The notes under the pieces: generated by a model | What the model was told of the DNA's origin: nothing | Database searches by the model: none | What the model saw: only the letters and a program-made list of their open reading frames with translations | Program-made: the position numbers and the translations under genes | NCBI GenBank assembly: GCA_964594245.1 | Contig: CAZQML010000220.1 | Coordinates: forward strand, 1-37,935 | Direction: 5' to 3' | Source of the DNA: an uncultured Dehalococcoidales bacterium | GTDB lineage: Bacteria; Chloroflexota; Dehalococcoidia; GIF9; AB-539-J10 | DNA: 37,935 nucleotides | Part shown: one piece after another, positions 17,374-29,701 of the stretch | Layout: each line of letters opens with the position of its first letter | Numbering within the stretch: position 1 is the stretch's first letter

Positions 17374-17925
17374 CTACCCCATGTCGGGCTCTATCAGCCC
17401 GTAGTCTCCGTCCTTTCGGCGGTAGAGGAGGTTCGCCTTATCGTCGTCGGAGTTGACGAAGAGGAAGAAATCGTGCCCGAGCAATTCCATCTGGTCCGTC
17501 GCCTCGTCCAGTGACATCGGCTTGAGCGTGAACCGCTTGGTCTTCACCAGACGCCTCGGCTCCTCGGGGGTTGCCTCCGCCGGCTCAAGGGTGGAGTCCA
17601 TTGTGCGGACTGTGTCCTTGCCCTTCTCGAAGTGCTTCCCCTTGTAGCGTGAGATGCGACTGGTGAGGGCGTCGACGACGCGGTCAATGGCCGTCCTGAT
17701 ATCTTCGGCTCGTTCCTGCGCACGAATAATCACACCGTTGCTGTCCAGAGTGACCTGAACCACGAATCGCTGCTCCGGCTGCTTTGCCCCCTCCCTGGAT
17801 ATCTCGATTCTTCCTTCATCGATGCTCGGCAGGTAGCGGTCCATCTTGCCGATGCGCTTCGTGGCGTAGTCCTCGATGGTGGGAGATACGGACAGGTTGT
17901 TCTTGGCTACGATCTGAAGTCTCAT
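17374..17925 (-). CDS. hpf: Ribosome hibernation promoting factor (long form)
   Basis: 183 aa. The N-terminal S30AE domain begins MRLQIVAKNNLSVSPTIEDYATKRIGKMDRYL. The C-terminal dimerisation domain reads ..VKTKRFTLKPMSLDEA..MELLGHDFFLFVN... Confidence 0.9.
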   Translation of the reverse strand: MRLQIVAKNNLSVSPTIEDYATKRIGKMDRYLPSIDEGRIEISREGAKQPEQRFVVQVTLDSNGVIIRAQERAEDIRTAIDRVVDALTSRISRYKGKHFEKGKDTVRTMDSTLEPAEATPEEPRRLVKTKRFTLKPMSLDEATDQMELLGHDFFLFVNSDDDKANLLYRRKDGDYGLIEPDMG

Positions 17926-17939
17926 GTTGACCTCCCATT

Positions 17940-18689
17940 CTACACTTCTCTGGCAACCGTGAGTCCTTGTACGTCAATCGCTCCCGCACTCCGAAGGGTC
18001 ACTGCGCAGGACTCCAGAGTGGCCCCGGTGGTGCACACGTCGTCGATCACAAGGATTCGTCTACCTGAGACAGACGCATCACTACTGCAGACGAAGGCTC
18101 CGGAGACATTCTGTCTCCGCTCCTCGACACTTGCCGTATGGACCTGGCTGGTACCCTCTCTCACCCGGCTAAGGGCATCCGCAGAGACTGGCGTACATGT
18201 TTCCCTTCCGACCTCGCGTGCGAGGAGCAACGACTGGTTGTATCCTCGGCGCCTGGCACGTTTGGAATGTAGTGGCACAGGGACGATGATATCGGGCTCG
18301 TATCCTGTATCTCGGAGAGTCCTGACAAGGTACGCGGCCAGGGTCGGGGCAATTGCCCTCAGATTGTGATACTTGAGTTCATGGATTGCCCGCCGTGCGG
18401 CGCCCTCGAAACGAAGAGGTGAGCGGATGACGGAGAGGGCGCTTGCAGTCTGCGCGCAGATTGGACATAGTATCGCGCTGGCCTGCGGGCGTCCGCAGCG
18501 CGGACAGAGCGGGGGGAATATCCAAGGGAGTTGCGTCTCGCAGCGGGCGCAAAAATAGCTGCCTGGTCGGCCACAGCCGATACATGACTGTGGAAACAGA
18601 CAGTCAAGCGTCAACCTGACGGCACTGCCGACGCGAAGCACTCTAGCCTGTGCGAGGGTGTCTCTAGTGCGCGCGGGCGCGCAGTTCAC
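17940..18689 (-). CDS. comF: ComF family phosphoribosyltransferase-like protein
   Basis: 249 aa with an N-terminal Cys4 cluster (CIGCG..CARC...CPRCG..CPIC) and a C-terminal PRT motif ILVIDDVCTTGATL. The start is uncertain (an alternative GTG at 18641). Confidence 0.8.
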   Translation of the reverse strand: MNCAPARTRDTLAQARVLRVGSAVRLTLDCLFPQSCIGCGRPGSYFCARCETQLPWIFPPLCPRCGRPQASAILCPICAQTASALSVIRSPLRFEGAARRAIHELKYHNLRAIAPTLAAYLVRTLRDTGYEPDIIVPVPLHSKRARRRGYNQSLLLAREVGRETCTPVSADALSRVREGTSQVHTASVEERRQNVSGAFVCSSDASVSGRRILVIDDVCTTGATLESCAVTLRSAGAIDVQGLTVAREV

Positions 18690-18873
18690 CGCTCAGTATG
18701 GGCTCGTTGAGGTAAACCTCTCCATTCCTGATCTTGACGTTGTAGCCGCAATCAGGGTTAGTGCATACCCATGCCTTGTACGTAATCGGCGCTCCTTGGC
18801 TACCGAAGTCCGACAGAGGAACAAGGTCGCCGTTGCCGCACTTCAGGCATTTGGGGAATGAAGCGTTGTCCAA
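18664..18873 (-). CDS. Small zinc-ribbon protein (69 aa), function unknown
   Basis: A TTG start at 18873 lies 5 nt after GGAGGAGGA. The product has CLKCGNG...CTNPDCG (CxxC..CxxxxC). The ORF is open up to 18936. Confidence 0.5.
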   Translation of the reverse strand: MDNASFPKCLKCGNGDLVPLSDFGSQGAPITYKAWVCTNPDCGYNVKIRNGEVYLNEPILSGELRARAH

Positions 18874-18965
18874 GGTAGTCCTCCTCCCAAACCAGATATC
18901 TCCCCGAATTATAGCGCAACCCAGATTCACTCGCAAACGAGGCGCGAGTGGCCTTGCCTCGCCTC

Positions 18966-19556
18966 CTACGGGTTGAGAGGTGTGTGCGACAATCGCGTGT
19001 AGAGAGCACCCTGCGGCTGGAGTTGGCTCCTCATGAGACTCACCGCCTCAGCGTTGAACCGGAGCCTCTCCGGCGGCACGGCCGCCAGTATGGCAGCCCC
19101 GAGTTCGCTCTTCGCGGGGCGCGAAGCCTCAGGGCGGACGCGCGCGATTGTGAGGTGAGGCACAAAGGGCCGGCTCTCCCTGGCATGGCCCAGCTCCGCA
19201 AGTGCGAGGTCTATGCGTGCGGCCAGCTTTGACAGCACATCCAGGTCGCCGCCCAGGCCCACCCAGACGACTCGCGGTTGCTCAGTACCGGGGAAGGCTC
19301 CCAGGGAGCCTATCTCCAGGCACACCGGGGGGATCCCGACGCAAGCGGTTGCCAGTGCTCCCTTGACTTCCTCCACCCGGGGGGCGGGTAGCTCACCGAG
19401 GAACTTCAGGGTAAGGTGGACTCCGTTGGCGGATACCCACTTGGCGGGAGCGTGGGACTTGTCCCTCAGCCCATTGATGACTCTGCCCAGCTCTCTCTTC
19501 ACGTTGTCGGGCAGCTCTATTGCCACAAAAGCCCGTATTCCGTCACGCTCGCTCAA
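18966..19556 (-). CDS. thpR: RNA 2',3'-cyclic phosphodiesterase (2H family, ThpR/LigT)
   Basis: 196 aa with two HxT motifs: HLTLKFLG and HLTIARV. Confidence 0.85.
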   Translation of the reverse strand: MSERDGIRAFVAIELPDNVKRELGRVINGLRDKSHAPAKWVSANGVHLTLKFLGELPAPRVEEVKGALATACVGIPPVCLEIGSLGAFPGTEQPRVVWVGLGGDLDVLSKLAARIDLALAELGHARESRPFVPHLTIARVRPEASRPAKSELGAAILAAVPPERLRFNAEAVSLMRSQLQPQGALYTRLSHTPLNP

Positions 19557-20418
19557 ACCGTGTTCCTCCGTTCGACAGGAGCCTGCCGGCGTTTCCGCCT
19601 GCTACTAGCTGCCTGATGTCAGGACTCAGCTCTGCCTTGTCCATTTCCCGGGCCGCGCGACTCTGACTTGTCAGAGGGTAGTCCGACCCGAACAGGATAC
19701 GGTCGGGTCCTGCTATGTCGGCCACCACTGAGAAGATGGCAGGGTCGTACAGGTACTGCGTGGCGGCCGTGTCGTAGTACACGTTGGAGAGCGTCTCTCG
19801 TACCTCCGGCATCAGGCTGTAGAAGGGAAGTCCACCACCCCAGTGGGCGCATACGAGGATTGCCTGAGGGAACTCCGCCGCGAACCTGTACGGCTGCTCG
19901 GGCGTGACACTGCCCTTGCCCGCGTACGTGTGGCCCACCGGCTCGGACACGTGAGTGAGTACTATCATCTGCCGGGCCACGGCGATTTCCACAATAGGCG
20001 AGAGCAATGAACTGTCGGCCAGCGAGAAGCCCTGGATGTCGGGCCGCAGCTCGCCAATGCCCCTTGCCCCTGACTCGGCACAGCGCTGCAGTTCCTCGAC
20101 TGCTCTCGCAGGTGACGCCGGCTGGAGTGCACAGAAGGGTATCAACCGATCGGGGTGAAGGATGGCTGCCTCGAGCAGGTAGTCATTCGTGCGTACGCAC
20201 ATCTCATGACTGGTCCAGCCGATGTTCAATACTACGGAGACATCGACGGATGCTTCGTCCATGCTGGCGAGCAGCTCTTCCGCCGTGGCCAGCTTCGCCT
20301 TGGGGCTTGCGTAGAGCGACGCGAAGCAGGCGTCAATGTTCGCGTAGTGCTCGCGCTCTCTGCGTACCCAGTCGGGCATTATGTGAGTGTGGAAATCGAT
20401 GACCATGGCTCTTCGCAA
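19543..20418 (-). CDS. Amidohydrolase-2 (TIM-barrel metal-dependent hydrolase) family protein
   Basis: 291 aa. The N-terminus MVIDFHTHIMP has the HxH metal motif, and there is a late ..FGSDYP.. Asp motif. Confidence 0.75.
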   Translation of the reverse strand: MRRAMVIDFHTHIMPDWVRREREHYANIDACFASLYASPKAKLATAEELLASMDEASVDVSVVLNIGWTSHEMCVRTNDYLLEAAILHPDRLIPFCALQPASPARAVEELQRCAESGARGIGELRPDIQGFSLADSSLLSPIVEIAVARQMIVLTHVSEPVGHTYAGKGSVTPEQPYRFAAEFPQAILVCAHWGGGLPFYSLMPEVRETLSNVYYDTAATQYLYDPAIFSVVADIAGPDRILFGSDYPLTSQSRAAREMDKAELSPDIRQLVAGGNAGRLLSNGGTRFERA

Positions 20419-20428
20419 ACCTGCCCCT

Positions 20429-20980
20429 TCAAACGACGTGCAGCCTTTCCCTCAATTCCTTCAGGTTCACACAATCCTCTCGATTGTACTCCAGGAGCGT
20501 ACTGAGAGCCTCCTCATCACCCCGGCGAACGTAGCGCCACCAGAGGTCGACCGCCTGACGGCCTGTCACCCCTTGAAGCGTCCTCTCGATGCCCAGAAGC
20601 TGTTCCACTGCCTTGAATCCTCCGTAGAGCCCCTGTCGCCAGCAGTCGTACATCAGGTCTCTATGTAGCAGCAATGACTGTAGCGCGACCTGTAGCCATG
20701 CCTCGATGAATACGAGGTCGAATCGGGCGCCATTGTACGTATACAGTGTGCCGATGCCGTCGAGTGCTCGCAGCAGGCTCTCGCTGCTGATCTCATTCCC
20801 CACAAGCTGAATCAGCTCGAAGCCCTGCGGAAGCACCTGGCGGTAGATGCCCACGACCGTGATGCGGTCCGCAAACGGGCTGAGGCCGGTTGTCTCTATG
20901 TCCAGATAGGCTTCCATCTTCGCTGCCGTGTGCAAGGCGGCGGATTCCCTTCGGACGACGCGCTCAGGCGTGCCTGCCAT
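20429..20980 (-). CDS. RNase H-like (YprB/PolB-exonuclease-like) domain protein
   Basis: Contains AYLDIETTGLSP (DEDD ExoI-like motif) and LEYNREDCVNL. An alternative start at ATG 20917 would give MEAYLDIETTG. Confidence 0.65.
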   Translation of the reverse strand: MAGTPERVVRRESAALHTAAKMEAYLDIETTGLSPFADRITVVGIYRQVLPQGFELIQLVGNEISSESLLRALDGIGTLYTYNGARFDLVFIEAWLQVALQSLLLHRDLMYDCWRQGLYGGFKAVEQLLGIERTLQGVTGRQAVDLWWRYVRRGDEEALSTLLEYNREDCVNLKELRERLHVV

Positions 20981-21497
20981 GAAGTTCAGCCATCAGCCAG
21001 CCAAGAACGAGTGCTCCGACGGCGACAAGTCCTGTAATGGACAGGGTGAACACCCATCCGAAGTAGGCAATCATGGCCGGAAGGAGAAAGGGCTTGATTG
21101 CCCGGCCGTACAGGAATACCGCTATCTGCCCGGCTCCTCCACCGTGACTACGGACGGTCCCCAGCAAAGGGTACCACGCATAGGCGGGGCCCACAGATAG
21201 TATTCCCGCCAGCAGCGACAGAAGAGAGCCTTTCAACCCCGAGTTGCTCCCGACAAGCGAACTGATCTTCTGCGGTTTCAGGAACAGATTGGTCAGCAGC
21301 AGCGCTGCGAACACGAGAGACAGGGGAACTAGCAGTTGTAGTGAGGTCGAGGCGGCGAGAGACAGGGCCTGCAGGCCCGTCGCGGGGAAGAAGACCATGA
21401 TGATTGCGTATGCCACCACGACTGTGCCAAGAAAGATGAGCCCACCCCTCCCGGTCGAGCGGTGTGCGCCGCCTTGCTTCGCGTCGACCTTTGTCAC
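20964..21497 (-). CDS. Permease half-protein (predicted two-component membrane permease, DUF318-like), subunit 2
   Basis: 177 aa with about 5 TM helices. Its start overlaps the stop of the upstream partner by 4 nt. Confidence 0.55.
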   Translation of the reverse strand: MTKVDAKQGGAHRSTGRGGLIFLGTVVVAYAIIMVFFPATGLQALSLAASTSLQLLVPLSLVFAALLLTNLFLKPQKISSLVGSNSGLKGSLLSLLAGILSVGPAYAWYPLLGTVRSHGGGAGQIAVFLYGRAIKPFLLPAMIAYFGWVFTLSITGLVAVGALVLGWLMAELHGRHA

Positions 21498-21934
21498 AGA
21501 GCTCCTCCCGACAGGGCCATGAACAGGGCGGTGAGCAGCGCGATTGGGATTGAAATGAGAAATGAGAGAGAGTTGCGCAGGATAGCGAACCGGGTTCCGA
21601 GCGTCAGTGCCTCTGCCGGCAGTTGGGCGATTCCCACTGTGACCCAGGTGACGATGAAGGCGGCGATGGCAAAGATGCTCACGCCATCGGCGAGCAGTTG
21701 TGCGGAGATAACATAGCTGTTGACAGGGTTGCCCGCGAGGATGCTTCCAAGCCCTGCACCCGCCAGGGAATCGAGAAAGGGATCACCCGGGAACAGGGTT
21801 CCGAGTGCGGATGGCGGAACTGCTGCGCGCAGAAGTCCAATCAGAAGGACTACGCCGCAGAGAATGGGGAGCATATTCGTGAACTGGAATGCTGCCTTGC
21901 GGGCAGCGCGAATCACGTCGCCGCGCCCTGGCAT
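21494..21934 (-). CDS. Permease half-protein, subunit 1 (start uncertain)
   Basis: The hydrophobic part begins after MPGRGDVIRAARKAAFQFTNMLPILCGVVLL. The ORF is open to 22171, but that extension overlaps the divergent NUDIX start. An alternative GTG start is at 21979. Confidence 0.55.
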   Translation of the reverse strand: MPGRGDVIRAARKAAFQFTNMLPILCGVVLLIGLLRAAVPPSALGTLFPGDPFLDSLAGAGLGSILAGNPVNSYVISAQLLADGVSIFAIAAFIVTWVTVGIAQLPAEALTLGTRFAILRNSLSFLISIPIALLTALFMALSGGAL

Positions 21935-21997
21935 GCCGGACCGGGCGACCTGCTTTGCCTCTCCTTCTTGCGTACTCACGTAGTCTCGGCCGTCCGG

Positions 21998-22026
21998 TTG
22001 TGGGCTCCGACGAGTGAGTGTACTAT
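21998..22026 (+). promoter_or_regulatory. Candidate promoter for the NUDIX gene
   Basis: TTGTGG (21998-22003), 17-nt spacer, TACTAT (22021-22026). Confidence 0.3.
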
Positions 22027-22087
22027 AGGCGGACGCTCTTCGCCATGCCGGTGATGGACGATTGCAGTCGATGGTTGGTGGCATGCA

Positions 22088-25699
<3,612 letters not shown>

Positions 25700-26159
25700 C
25701 TCAAGTCTGAAGCATACTATGTCGGACTACCTCTCGCACGTCTGTGTTTGTGCGCCGCTTCGGGCGCCACGGACGAAAGCTCCGGGCCACGTTTCGCGTG
25801 TATCTGTGGCAGTCGAATCAGGGGTAGTGGGGATGGGTGGTGGGTCAGTCTATCTGAGAGGCCCGGAACGATGAGACTCAGGTTCCGTCTTCGGGATGCA
25901 CCTGCCGAAGGACCTTTCGTCCAGAGGGGACAGCACTTGCCAGGTCGTATTCGTCTTGCCTGCTAGTGTTGTGGTTCCTGTTGCATGACGACTCCCTGCT
26001 TGCCTGCGGCGTGCGTGACTTGTGCCATTGTGTCTCGTCGACGCCGCAGCCCCTGGTTCTGGCGCCGTAGTCGCTCCTCAACTGTGTGAGCGAGCCCGGA
26101 CTCGGGTCTGTTGGGGTGGGAGACGCAACGTCGTAGCTGCCTGACTCCAGCTAGCTGAA

Positions 26160-26168
26160 TGCTATACT
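26160..26168 (+). promoter_or_regulatory. Candidate extended -10 promoter for tgt operon
   Basis: TGCTATACT at 26160-26168, with a weak -35 (CTGACT, 26141-26146). Confidence 0.35.
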
Positions 26169-26252
26169 GGTTGCGGAGGAGTCATCGAGAACGGGAGTAG
26201 CTGCTTCACGGTCCTGCACGGTGGCAGTGGTTCGGGGCCGCGAGTAGGCGAG

Positions 26253-27380
26253 TTGGAGACTGCGCACGGCCGGGTGGAGACACCCGTGTTCATGCCGGTT
26301 GGCAGTCAGGCGACGGTCAAGTCACTGGCCCCCGATGATCTGCGTGAGACAGGCTGCGACATAATCCTCTGCAACGCGTATCACCTCTACCTCCGTCCCG
26401 GCGTCGAGACTGTGCGCCGGGCTGGCGGGTTGCACCGATTCATGTCCTGGGACAGGGCGATATTGACCGACAGTGGTGGCTTCCAGGTGTTCAGTCTCGC
26501 TCCACTTCGCAGAATTGACGATGAAGGCGTCACATTCCGCTCTCACATCGATGGAAGCGAGCACCGTCTGACCCCGGAAAAGGCCATCGAGAACCAGGAA
26601 GGGCTCGGAGCCGACATCATCATGGCGCTCGACGATGTGCCCTCCGGAACGGCCGGCAGTGCGAGGGTGACCGAGGCGGTTCACAGGACGCACCGCTGGG
26701 CTGAACGGTGCCTCGCGGCTCAGCGCCGGTCAGACCAGTGGCTCTTCGCCATAGTCCAGGGCGGTGGTGACCTGGCGCTGCGGAGGCTGTCGGCGCGGAC
26801 GCTTGCAGCTATGGACTTCCCCGGCTACGCCGTTGGCGGCTTGAGCGTGGGGGAGCCGAAAGAGCTGATGTACTTGGTTCTTGAAGAGGCGGTGCCGCTC
26901 CTGCCGGCTGGACGGCCACGGTATCTGATGGGAGTGGGGTCTCCTGAAGACCTTGTTGAGGGTGTCAGGTGTGGCGTGGACATGTTCGACTGCGTGTTGC
27001 CGACGCGCGTGGCCCGGAACGGCGCCGTCTATACTCTCCGGGGCCGTCGCAATGTGCGCCGTTCGGAGTTCAAGGTCCAAGACGGTCCACTTGACCCCGA
27101 TTGCGATTGCTACACTTGTCGTACGTTCTCGGCCTCATATGTCCACCACCTCTTCAGATGCGAAGAGCTTCTTGCGTATCGGCTCGCGACTATACACAAC
27201 CTGAGCTTTGTGCAGAGACTCATGAAGCGAATCAGGGAGGCTATCGTACAGGGAACCTTCGATTCATTCAGGGATGATTTTCACAGGCTGTATCAGCCCG
27301 CGGACGAGGTGGTCCGTCTGTCTCAGAGGCGCAGGCACACTGTTGGGAGGAGCAGAGGAGATGGTGACGGCGAACTCTAG
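26253..27380 (+). CDS. tgt: tRNA-guanine transglycosylase (queuine tRNA-ribosyltransferase)
   Basis: Motifs ETPVFMPVGSQATVK, LTDSGGFQVFSL and GLSVGEP, plus the zinc motif CDCYTCRTFSASYVHHL. TTG 26253 is the first canonical start codon, but family-like sequence (FTVLHGGSG..GELETAHG) continues in frame upstream to about 26184. Confidence 0.9.
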   Translation: METAHGRVETPVFMPVGSQATVKSLAPDDLRETGCDIILCNAYHLYLRPGVETVRRAGGLHRFMSWDRAILTDSGGFQVFSLAPLRRIDDEGVTFRSHIDGSEHRLTPEKAIENQEGLGADIIMALDDVPSGTAGSARVTEAVHRTHRWAERCLAAQRRSDQWLFAIVQGGGDLALRRLSARTLAAMDFPGYAVGGLSVGEPKELMYLVLEEAVPLLPAGRPRYLMGVGSPEDLVEGVRCGVDMFDCVLPTRVARNGAVYTLRGRRNVRRSEFKVQDGPLDPDCDCYTCRTFSASYVHHLFRCEELLAYRLATIHNLSFVQRLMKRIREAIVQGTFDSFRDDFHRLYQPADEVVRLSQRRRHTVGRSRGDGDGEL

Positions 27381-27398
27381 CCGAGAGCCAGGGACACC

Positions 27399-28136
27399 GT
27401 GGTGGATACCCTCTTAACGTTCAACAACCTTCTCTGGCCTGCCTTTGTGCTGGCTGACCTCGGCCTCGCAGTGCTCTTGTTCAGGTTCTTTGGCAAAGAT
27501 GGGTTGTACGTCCTCGTTGCCGTGTCTGTGATTGTGGCCAACATACAGGTCACCAAAACGATCGTGCTCTTCGGTCTCACCGCAACGCTCGGCAATGCCC
27601 TGTACGGGTGCACGTTCTTCGCCACCGATGTCCTCAGCGAGGTGTACGGCAAACGAGAGGCTCGACGGAGTGTCTGGCTCGGCTTCGTTGCCATGGCACT
27701 GGTTGTTGTCTGGATGCAGTTCGGCCTTAGATTCGTGCCGGGACCCGAGGACCTGGCGCATGGCTCATTGACAACGGTCTTTGGACTGATGCCACGTGTG
27801 GCGGCCGGAAGCCTCGTTGCGTATCTAGTGTCGCAGCACCACGATATCCTGGCTTTCCATTTCTGGAAGACCAGGACACGGGGTCGTCACCTCTGGCTGC
27901 GCAATTGTGCCTCTACGATGGTGTCTCAAGCCATCGACTCCGTGCTGTTCTGCTTCATCGCGCTGTGGGGTCTCTATGACACAGGCACGTGGTTGGAGAT
28001 ACTCGCAACAACGTACATACTGAAGTGGGTGGTTGCATTGCTGGATACCCCGTTCATCTACCTGGCGGTCCGGCTCAACCCGCCCGGGCGGGCCGAGCCG
28101 TCCGGCGATGGCCCGCTTCTGAGGGAGGTAGCATGA
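27399..28136 (+). CDS. yhhQ: Queuosine-precursor transporter (YhhQ/DUF165, VUT family)
   Basis: 245 aa and polytopic. Blocks typical of DUF165: ..TFFATDVLSEVYGKREARR.., ..SLVAYLVSQHHDILAFHFWK.., ..LWLRNCASTMVSQAIDSVLF... Adjacent to tgt. Confidence 0.8.
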   Translation: MVDTLLTFNNLLWPAFVLADLGLAVLLFRFFGKDGLYVLVAVSVIVANIQVTKTIVLFGLTATLGNALYGCTFFATDVLSEVYGKREARRSVWLGFVAMALVVVWMQFGLRFVPGPEDLAHGSLTTVFGLMPRVAAGSLVAYLVSQHHDILAFHFWKTRTRGRHLWLRNCASTMVSQAIDSVLFCFIALWGLYDTGTWLEILATTYILKWVVALLDTPFIYLAVRLNPPGRAEPSGDGPLLREVA

Positions 28137-29701
28137 GAATCTGCACTGTTCAGGAGATGAGAGAGCTTGATAGGCGTGCGGTTGAGGAGTTTGGCCTTTC
28201 CGAGGATATCCTCATGGAGAACGCCGGACAGGCCGTGTACGAGGTTGCGAAGGCGGAATTCGGCACAGACGGAAGGCGCTTCGTTGTGCTGTGTGGCGGG
28301 GGCAACAACGGCGGCGACGGACTCGTCGTTGCACGGAAGCTGCACTCGGTGGCTGCCGAAGTCAAGGTCTATCTGCTGTCCGATGAGGACGCGCTTCATG
28401 GGGCGGCACGCAGGAATCTGGATGCCGCGATGCGCGCGGGCATTCCTCTGCAGCGACTTCGCATGGTTGAGGACCTCTACCTGGGCAGGCCGCACGATGT
28501 CCTCATTGATGCCATCTTTGGCACGGGACTCTCGCGAAGCCCGGAGGGCCTGAACAGAGAAGTGATTGAACGTGTCAATGAGTTCAATCAGCCGGTTCTG
28601 AGCGTGGATATTCCGTCCGGAGTAAATGGAGACACGGGTGCGGTGGTGGACATCGCAGTTCGGGCAACCTGCACGGTTAGCTTCGGATTGCCCAAGAGAG
28701 GCAACATGTTGCCACCGGGACGGGGGCTGTCCGGGAAGCTGTACGTGTCGCACATCTCGTTCCCGCCGTCACTCTACCGCGCCGAGAGCCAGGTTGTCAC
28801 GAATCGTCTCAGCGTCTTGTCTCCCAGGCTGGCTGAGTGTCACAAGGGTGACTTCGGCGATGTCCTGTTTGTGGCTGGTTCACGCGCCTACCTGGGTGCT
28901 CCGCTCTTCGCCTCGATGTCATTCCTGAAAGCTGGCGGGGGCTACGCACGACTCGCTACGCCTGCGTCAATCGCCCCCTTGCTGGCGGTCCGGGCGAGCG
29001 AGGTGGTCATGGTTCCCCTTCAAGAAACGGCCGACGGAAGTATCGCTCTCTCGAACCTCGATGGGCTGTGTGCCCTCGCAGACAGCGTCGACATGGTCGT
29101 TGTCGGCCCGGGCCTGTCGCTCAACGGGGAGACACAGGAGCTTGTCAGAGGGCTTGTCTCCCAAGTCACGAAGCCCATACTTGTTGATGGTGATGGTCTC
29201 ACTGCCATAGCATCTGATGGAGAGATGGTTCGGCGGCGCGAAGCCCCGATGGTGCTCACTCCCCACGCCGGTGAGATGTCGCGACTGCTCGGTGTTTCCG
29301 TAGCGGAGGTGGCTCACGACAGAATCGCGGCGGTGCAGGAAGCCTCCGGCAGACTCAACTCGGTGGTCCTGCTGAAGGGCTCGAGCTCTCTTGTCGCTGA
29401 GCCGGGTGGCCCTGTGTCTCTCAATCTCAGTGGCAATCCGGGCATGGCAACTGCCGGGAGCGGGGATGTCCTCGCCGGGACGATTGCCGCTCTCTATGGT
29501 CTGGGACTTGGCCTCCGGGAGGCGGCAGAGGTCGGTGCATTCGTACATGGATTGGCGGGTGACCTCGCGGCCGAGGAGAAGGGGCAGGATGGCATTGTCG
29601 CTGGTGACATCATGGAGTTCCTGCCCCGTGCGATGCGATACTACCGGGAGAGATTTCGTGATCTCGAACGAAACCTATACGGGGGGCCGGTCGTTGTATA
29701 G
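28133..29701 (+). CDS. nnr: Bifunctional NAD(P)H-hydrate repair enzyme (epimerase + ADP-dependent dehydratase)
   Basis: ATG 28133 follows GAGGGAGG and overlaps the yhhQ stop (ATGA). The YjeF-N motif is VLCGGGNNGGDG and the C-terminal carbohydrate-kinase motif is GSGDVLAG. 522 aa. Confidence 0.9.
   Translation: MRICTVQEMRELDRRAVEEFGLSEDILMENAGQAVYEVAKAEFGTDGRRFVVLCGGGNNGGDGLVVARKLHSVAAEVKVYLLSDEDALHGAARRNLDAAMRAGIPLQRLRMVEDLYLGRPHDVLIDAIFGTGLSRSPEGLNREVIERVNEFNQPVLSVDIPSGVNGDTGAVVDIAVRATCTVSFGLPKRGNMLPPGRGLSGKLYVSHISFPPSLYRAESQVVTNRLSVLSPRLAECHKGDFGDVLFVAGSRAYLGAPLFASMSFLKAGGGYARLATPASIAPLLAVRASEVVMVPLQETADGSIALSNLDGLCALADSVDMVVVGPGLSLNGETQELVRGLVSQVTKPILVDGDGLTAIASDGEMVRRREAPMVLTPHAGEMSRLLGVSVAEVAHDRIAAVQEASGRLNSVVLLKGSSSLVAEPGGPVSLNLSGNPGMATAGSGDVLAGTIAALYGLGLGLREAAEVGAFVHGLAGDLAAEEKGQDGIVAGDIMEFLPRAMRYYRERFRDLERNLYGGPVVV

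Noticed and set aside
26100-26252. Possible preQ1 riboswitch upstream of tgt/yhhQ
   Set aside because: I looked for the small hairpin plus A-rich tail of preQ1-I/II. Only a weak CCAG..CTGG pairing is present, with no A-rich tail or conserved loop, so it is not supported.
27989-28132. 48-codon upstream extension of the nnr ORF
   Set aside because: It overlaps the yhhQ coding region in another frame. ATG 28133 has a GAGGGAGG Shine-Dalgarno and a typical Nnr N-terminus (MRICTVQEMRELD).
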